Positions 33,589-38,786 of a stretch of DNA of 38,786 bases are shown piece by piece. The notes beneath the pieces are model-generated. The model had not been told where the DNA came from and made no database searches. It was given only the letters and a program-made list of their open reading frames with translations. Both the position numbers and the translations under genes were made by a program. This DNA comes from Clostridia bacterium (lineage in GTDB: Bacteria; Bacillota; Clostridia; JBAXOJ01), in the NCBI GenBank assembly GCA_037133315.1, contig JBAXOJ010000002.1, positions 1 to 38,786 on the forward strand. The letters run 5' to 3'. Each line of letters starts with the position of its first letter. The first letter of the stretch is position 1.

Positions 33589-36005
33589 AATTTGGGGAGT
33601 ACAATCCGTGCGCCATTGAGAAGAAGTGGCAGAAGATTTGGGATGACAAAGAGGCGTTCAAAGCCTCCAATGATCACTCCAAAAAGAAGTTTTACGCGTT
33701 AATCGAGTTCCCGTATCCTTCCGGAAACGGCCTGCACGTGGGGCATCCGCGGAGCAACACGGCGCTGGATATCATCGCGCGCAAACGCAGAATGGAAGGC
33801 TACAACGTCCTTTACCCGATGGGGTGGGATGCGTTTGGCTTGCCAACTGAGAATTTTGCCATCAAAAACAAAATCCATCCGCAGATTGTGACCAAGCAAA
33901 ATATTGATAACTTTCGGAAACAATTAAAATCCATCGGCTTTTCGTTTGACTGGTCGCGGGAGGTTGACACGACGGATCCGAAGTATTTCAAATGGACGCA
34001 GTGGATCTTCTTGAAATTGTTTGAAAAAGGGCTCGCGTACAAGAGCGAGATGCCAATCAACTGGTGCACGAGTTGTAAAGTGGGGCTAGCCAACGAAGAG
34101 GTCGTCAACGGCGTATGCGAACGTTGCAACAGCGCGGTCGTCCAGCGCGTCAAGAGCCAGTGGATGCTTCGCATTACGGATTACGCAGAAAAGCTAATCG
34201 ACGGTCTGGATCTGGTCGACTTTCTGGACAAGGTGAAGGCGCAACAGCGCAACTGGATCGGGCGTTCCGAAGGCGCGGAGGTCGATTTTGCGATTGATGG
34301 GGAAGACAAGCTGATTAAGGTGTATACGACGCGGCCGGATACGTTGTTTGGGGCGACCTACATGGTCCTTTCGCCAGAGCACCCGTATGTGCAGCAGTTG
34401 CGGGAGAAAATCACGAACTGGCCCGACGTCGAGAACTATTGCATTGCAGCGACTAAAAAATCAGAATTTGATCGCGCGGAAATGAACAAAGACAAGTCAG
34501 GCGTTCCGCTTGAAGGGGTTTCAGCCATCAATCCGGTCAACGGGCAGAAAATTCCTATCTGGATTTCAGATTATGTGCTGATGACTTACGGCACGGGGGC
34601 GATTATGGCGGTGCCGGCGCACGACGCGCGGGACCATGCGTTTGCGCTCAAGTTCAAATTGCCGATTGTGGAAGTGGTGGCAGGCGGCGACGTCCAAGTC
34701 GAGGCGTTTACCGACATTGACGACGGCGTGATGGTGCATTCGCAGTTTTTGGATGGCCTACGTGTTGCCGACGCAAAGAAGAAAATCATTGACTGGCTGA
34801 CCGCAAAGAAACTCGGTCACGTGAAGGTCAATTATAAATTGAGGGACTGGGTGTTTTCGCGCCAGCGCTATTGGGGTGAACCGATTCCGCTCGTGCGATG
34901 TGCAAGTTGTGGTTGGGTTGCGCTACCGATGGACCAATTGCCGTTGCTGTTGCCTGAGGTGGACAACTTCATGCCGACAGATACGGGCGAGTCGCCACTG
35001 GCAAACATCCCGGAATGGACGAATACCACCTGTCCGACCTGTGAGGGTCCCGCGCAACGCGAAACAGACACCATGCCGCAATGGGCCGGGTCGTCATGGT
35101 ACTTTTTGCGATACTGTGATCCGTTTAACGAAAACGAATTTGCGTCGCAGGAAAATCTGGACTACTGGATGCCAGTTGACTGGTATAACGGTGGGATGGA
35201 ACACACGACGCTGCACTTGTTGTATTCGCGTTTTTGGCATCGCTTCCTTTATGACATCGGCTGTGTGTCGATGCCGGAGCCATATCAGAAGCGCACCTCA
35301 CACGGCATGATCCTTGGGGAGAATAATGAGAAAATGTCCAAATCGCGTGGAAATGTCATCAATCCGGATGAAATCGTCAATGCGCTCGGGGCAGATACGT
35401 TTCGGACCTATGAGATGTTTATGGGGGCGTTTGACCAGCCAATTCCATGGTCGCAAAACGGCGTGGCCGGATGTCGGCGTTTTCTCGACAGAGTGTGGCG
35501 CTTACAGGACATCTTGACCCAGGAAAAAGGCTATTCTGCGGACCTTGAAGTGTTGATGAATCAGTCCATCAAGAAGGTGACAAACGACTTTGAATCGATG
35601 AAATTCAATACCTCAATCGCCCAAATGATGACGCTTGTGAATGCGTTTTACGAAAAAGGCAAGGTCACCGCTGGAGAATTTAAGACGCTCATCCATTTGA
35701 TGAACCCAGTCGCACCGCATATTTCTGAAGAAATGTGGGTCTTGAACGGATTCCCGAAGATGTTGCATGAGACACCATGGCCTACGTGGGACGAATCCAA
35801 AGTCATCGAGGATTTCATTGAGATTGCGGTCCAGGTTAACGGCAAGGTCAAGGGGAAAATCATCATCCCAAGGGACGCAGATGCGGCGGTCGCTAAGGCG
35901 GAGTTGGAAAAGAATGAGTCGCTGATGGCGCAACTGGCGCTTGTCCAGATTGTCAAAGAAATTTATGTGCCAGGCAGAATCTATAATATCGTCGTAAAGG
36001 GATAG
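33585..36005 (+). CDS. leuS: Leucine--tRNA ligase
   Basis: [11 protein letters not shown] (HIGH motif), KMSKSRGN (KMSKS motif), a CP1 editing region and a Zn-binding CxxC...CxxC. ATG 33585 overlaps the upstream stop (ATGA). Confidence 0.95.
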   Translation: MKFGEYNPCAIEKKWQKIWDDKEAFKASNDHSKKKFYALIEFPYPSGNGLHVGHPRSNTALDIIARKRRMEGYNVLYPMGWDAFGLPTENFAIKNKIHPQIVTKQNIDNFRKQLKSIGFSFDWSREVDTTDPKYFKWTQWIFLKLFEKGLAYKSEMPINWCTSCKVGLANEEVVNGVCERCNSAVVQRVKSQWMLRITDYAEKLIDGLDLVDFLDKVKAQQRNWIGRSEGAEVDFAIDGEDKLIKVYTTRPDTLFGATYMVLSPEHPYVQQLREKITNWPDVENYCIAATKKSEFDRAEMNKDKSGVPLEGVSAINPVNGQKIPIWISDYVLMTYGTGAIMAVPAHDARDHAFALKFKLPIVEVVAGGDVQVEAFTDIDDGVMVHSQFLDGLRVADAKKKIIDWLTAKKLGHVKVNYKLRDWVFSRQRYWGEPIPLVRCASCGWVALPMDQLPLLLPEVDNFMPTDTGESPLANIPEWTNTTCPTCEGPAQRETDTMPQWAGSSWYFLRYCDPFNENEFASQENLDYWMPVDWYNGGMEHTTLHLLYSRFWHRFLYDIGCVSMPEPYQKRTSHGMILGENNEKMSKSRGNVINPDEIVNALGADTFRTYEMFMGAFDQPIPWSQNGVAGCRRFLDRVWRLQDILTQEKGYSADLEVLMNQSIKKVTNDFESMKFNTSIAQMMTLVNAFYEKGKVTAGEFKTLIHLMNPVAPHISEEMWVLNGFPKMLHETPWPTWDESKVIEDFIEIAVQVNGKVKGKIIIPRDADAAVAKAELEKNESLMAQLALVQIVKEIYVPGRIYNIVVKG

Positions 36006-36030
36006 AAACAACAGGATTGGAGATGCTTTC

Positions 36031-37332
36031 ATGCTCGCATTTAATGGATGTCGCGTCATTGCTTTTGAGACCGCTCATTTCAAGACGAACTCGATTAGTT
36101 TTAACCTGATTCAAGACTTAGGGCAGGCAACGGCGACCCAAAACGCCTTGCTGATGAAGGTGCTCCGTCGTGGTTGTTTGCAATACAAGAGTTCCAAAGA
36201 GATTGCGATTGCGCTGGAGTCTAGCTTTGGTGCGACCCTTTCGGTGAAAATTGAAAAGGCGGGAGACACGCAAATCACCGGATTTGTTTGCTCTTTTCCG
36301 GCGGACGAGTTTGTCGGAGAACGCCTGACGAATCAGCTGGTCGCATTGTTGCTGTCGCTGATTTTCGAGCCGCTACAAGAAGGTGCTGGATTTCGTACAG
36401 ACTATTTCGATCAAGAGAAAGCCGTGCTCCGCGAGGAAATCGAAGGACAGAAGGACGACAAAAAGACCTACGCATTGCAACGATGCGTAGAATTGATGTT
36501 TCCGGGGGAGCCCTACCAGTACAATGAACTGGGGGATTTGGAGCAGTTAGACAACATCACAAATGAGGGTCTTTTTGCGCATTATCAGGAGACCTTGCGC
36601 AAGGCGCAAATGGTCGTGTTTTTGTCGGGCCGATTCCACGAAAACAATATTGATGAATTTTCAATTCTCTTAAAACAGAAAATCCAAAAAATCCGCAGAA
36701 CCATAGAGACAAAAAATCTTGCAAACACCACATTGAAAGTGCGCCTTGCGCCTGGCGACGCCGGCGCGCCTTCGTTGCAGGAATTTGTCGAGGCACTGGA
36801 TGTCACACAAGGGAAATTGACCATCGGTTTCACGACCGAGACGCCGCCATCGACGGCGGAATACGTTTCTCTGATGGTGGCAAACAGCATCTTTGGCGGG
36901 GGCATGCACAGCAAATTGTTTACGGAGGTGCGCGAGAAGGAAAGTCTTGCGTATTACTCGATGAGCATGATGGACAAATACAAAGGCGTCATTTTCGTCA
37001 CCGCGGGCATTGACGCGCAAAACAAAGAAAAGACGCAGTCGCTCATCCTCGCGCAGCTGGAGAAAATTCAAAACGGGGAAATTTCCGACTTTGAACTGAG
37101 CGCCGCGCGAAAAGCGCTCATCAATTCGTTGCGCTCCTTAGGGGATAGCCAGCTCTCCGTGCAAGCCTTTCATTTTGGGCAGTTGCTGGCGGGCTCTACG
37201 TTTTCCATAGCGGATTTGATTGCTCAAATCTCGACTGTGACGAGCGCCCAGGTCATCGCGGCCGCACAACGCATCAAGCCTCATACGCTCTATTTTATGA
37301 CGGGCAACGAAGGACTGGAGGTTGCGCCATGA
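36031..37332 (+). CDS. M16 (pitrilysin/insulinase) family protein, non-catalytic type (no HxxEH)
   Basis: 433 aa with M16-like length and C-terminal half, but no HxxEH motif in the N-terminal region. TTGGAG lies 8 nt before ATG 36031. It is paired and overlapping with the next M16 gene. Confidence 0.75.
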   Translation: MLAFNGCRVIAFETAHFKTNSISFNLIQDLGQATATQNALLMKVLRRGCLQYKSSKEIAIALESSFGATLSVKIEKAGDTQITGFVCSFPADEFVGERLTNQLVALLLSLIFEPLQEGAGFRTDYFDQEKAVLREEIEGQKDDKKTYALQRCVELMFPGEPYQYNELGDLEQLDNITNEGLFAHYQETLRKAQMVVFLSGRFHENNIDEFSILLKQKIQKIRRTIETKNLANTTLKVRLAPGDAGAPSLQEFVEALDVTQGKLTIGFTTETPPSTAEYVSLMVANSIFGGGMHSKLFTEVREKESLAYYSMSMMDKYKGVIFVTAGIDAQNKEKTQSLILAQLEKIQNGEISDFELSAARKALINSLRSLGDSQLSVQAFHFGQLLAGSTFSIADLIAQISTVTSAQVIAAAQRIKPHTLYFMTGNEGLEVAP

Positions 37333-38633
37333 AACGAAAAGGGTATTATCAAATCGATTATCCGATGTTGCAAGAGAGCCTGTGCTGCGGGGAATACCCC
37401 AACGGCTTCAAAGCCTATGTGATTCAGAAAAAAGGCTTCAGCAAGACTTTTGCTTCGATAGGGACGCGGTACGGTTCGATTGATCAGCGTTTTTCGACGG
37501 ATCCGAACGCAGCGCCCACACTGGTGCCGGATGGGATCGCTCATTTTCTGGAGCATAAATTATTTGAGCAGGAGGATGGCAACGTGTTGCAGAAATATGC
37601 AGCGCTTGGTGCAAGTCCAAACGCGTACACGTCCTTTGACAAAACCGCCTACCTTTTTTCGTGCACCGACAACTTTGGGGCATGTCTTGATTTGCTGTTG
37701 GACTATGTATACAAGCCGTATTTCACAGACGAGAATGTCGAAAAAGAGAAGGGCATCATTGGGCAGGAAATTGACATGTATGCCGACAACCCAGACTGGA
37801 ACGGGTACTTCGGCTTTCTAAAGAACATGTATAACGTCAGCCCGGTGCGTCTCGAAATTGCGGGGACGAAGGAAAGCATTGCGCAAATTGACAAGGAACT
37901 GCTGTATCAGTGTCACGGCACGTTCTACCATCCATCCAACATGATTCTCGTCGTCGTCGGCAACGTCACGCCAGAAGAAGTCTTTTCTCGCGTCGCAGCG
38001 ACCATTGGAGCGGTGAAGACCAAGCCGCTCAAAATCAAACGCTTCTTTGATGCGGAGCCCAAAGAGCCACGCGTGCGTCAGTCGGAGGCGGCGTTTGACG
38101 TCGCAACCCCGCGTTTTTTTGCGGGATTCAAAGATTTTCCGACGGGTGAGCCAGGTCATGAACGTGCGTTGCGAGACATCGGCATGACGATTTTATTTGA
38201 ACTCATTATGGGCAAGAGCACGCCGCTGTTCGAACGCCTCTATGCGGAAGGGCTCATCAACGCGTCCTTTTCCATTGAATATACGCTCGAAGAGCACTAC
38301 GCATTCAGCTGCTTTGCAGGGGAGTCGAAAAATCCCGACGAAGCGATTCGCATGATCCTTGCAGAAATCGAAACCGTCAAGCAGACGGGACTAGATCCAA
38401 CGGCCCTCGCGCGCATCCTCAAAGCCTATCAAGGGCGCAACATTCGAAGTCTTGATTCCGTGGAAAGCATTGCGCACCGCTTCCTAGACCAAATTTTCAA
38501 GGAATGTATCTTGTTCGATTACTTTGGCCTATATGAACGTGTCACTTTGCCGTATCTGGAAGATTTGCTGCGCACGCACTGCAATCCAGACTACTTTACA
38601 GTGCTGAAGTTGCGGGGCAAAGGGACCGAGTGA
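37329..38633 (+). CDS. M16 (pitrilysin/insulinase) family zinc peptidase
   Basis: Inverted zinc motif HFLEH in GIAHFLEHKLFE, and a downstream acidic block ...EKEKGIIGQEIDMY. The start overlaps the upstream stop (ATGA). Confidence 0.85.
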   Translation: MKRKGYYQIDYPMLQESLCCGEYPNGFKAYVIQKKGFSKTFASIGTRYGSIDQRFSTDPNAAPTLVPDGIAHFLEHKLFEQEDGNVLQKYAALGASPNAYTSFDKTAYLFSCTDNFGACLDLLLDYVYKPYFTDENVEKEKGIIGQEIDMYADNPDWNGYFGFLKNMYNVSPVRLEIAGTKESIAQIDKELLYQCHGTFYHPSNMILVVVGNVTPEEVFSRVAATIGAVKTKPLKIKRFFDAEPKEPRVRQSEAAFDVATPRFFAGFKDFPTGEPGHERALRDIGMTILFELIMGKSTPLFERLYAEGLINASFSIEYTLEEHYAFSCFAGESKNPDEAIRMILAEIETVKQTGLDPTALARILKAYQGRNIRSLDSVESIAHRFLDQIFKECILFDYFGLYERVTLPYLEDLLRTHCNPDYFTVLKLRGKGTE

Positions 38634-38678
38634 CAAAGGCCCCCGTTTTGTTATCATTTTTATGTCTCCTATAGGAAA

Positions 38679-38703
38679 AGAGATAACGCGTTATCTCTTT
38701 TTT
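38679..38703 (+). terminator. Intrinsic terminator after the M16 gene pair
   Basis: Palindrome AGAGATAA-CGCG-TTATCTCT (38679-38698) followed by a T-run (to 38703), 45 nt after the stop. Confidence 0.75.
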
Positions 38704-38786
38704 CTGTAGAATGCGAAATATTCCAAGTTTCGTAATTATATTCATGCTTAAGCACTCGAAGGTTGATTGAAAATGTAACTGCCACT

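Overview
This 38.8-kb window comes from a Bacillota (Firmicutes)-type chromosome, and every credible gene is on the + strand. The taxon call rests on a PolC-type replicase and a rimP-nusA-ylxR-ylxQ-infB-rbfA-nrnA-truB-ribF layout typical of Clostridia-like lineages. Block 1 (1-12.1 kb) is rpsB-tsf-pyrH-frr-uppS-cdsA-dxr-rseP-ispG-polC. Block 2 (12.2-15.2 kb) is an AT-rich two-gene cassette of paralogous secreted proteins with FlgD-Ig-like signatures, sitting between polC and rimP. Block 3 (15.2-24.2 kb) is the rimP-to-ribF translation operon. Block 4 (24.2-29.5 kb) is GC-rich: hypF overlaps the end of ribF, a 660-bp repeat-filled spacer follows, then hypC-hypD-hypE. Block 5 (29.8-32.5 kb) holds a GNAT acetyltransferase, a YdjC/ChbG-like deacetylase and a very AT-rich repeat-containing lipoprotein. 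Block 6 (33.0-38.6 kb) holds a ferritin-like di-iron protein translationally coupled to leuS, then two M16 peptidase-family genes. I saw no rRNA, tRNA, CRISPR array, transposase, integrase or recognisable defence or toxin gene, and no convincing multi-gene novel system. The most unusual observations are: (i) the syntenic PolC lacks the whole proofreading exonuclease insertion; (ii) two ~270-280-bp nested palindromic repeat elements (26.70-26.97 kb and 32.60-32.88 kb), the second with compensatory stem changes, share a TTTTAACA(C)AAAAAA-type motif that recurs in the intergenic regions bordering accessory genes; (iii) a (C3N3)6 tandem repeat upstream of hypC gives a G-quadruplex motif on the minus strand; (iv) the paralog cassette is inserted at the polC/rimP junction; (v) in-frame tandem repeats lie inside rpsB, infB and hypF. 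All family calls come from motif recognition by eye. No database search was run, and GC values are hand counts of sampled 60-nt lines.
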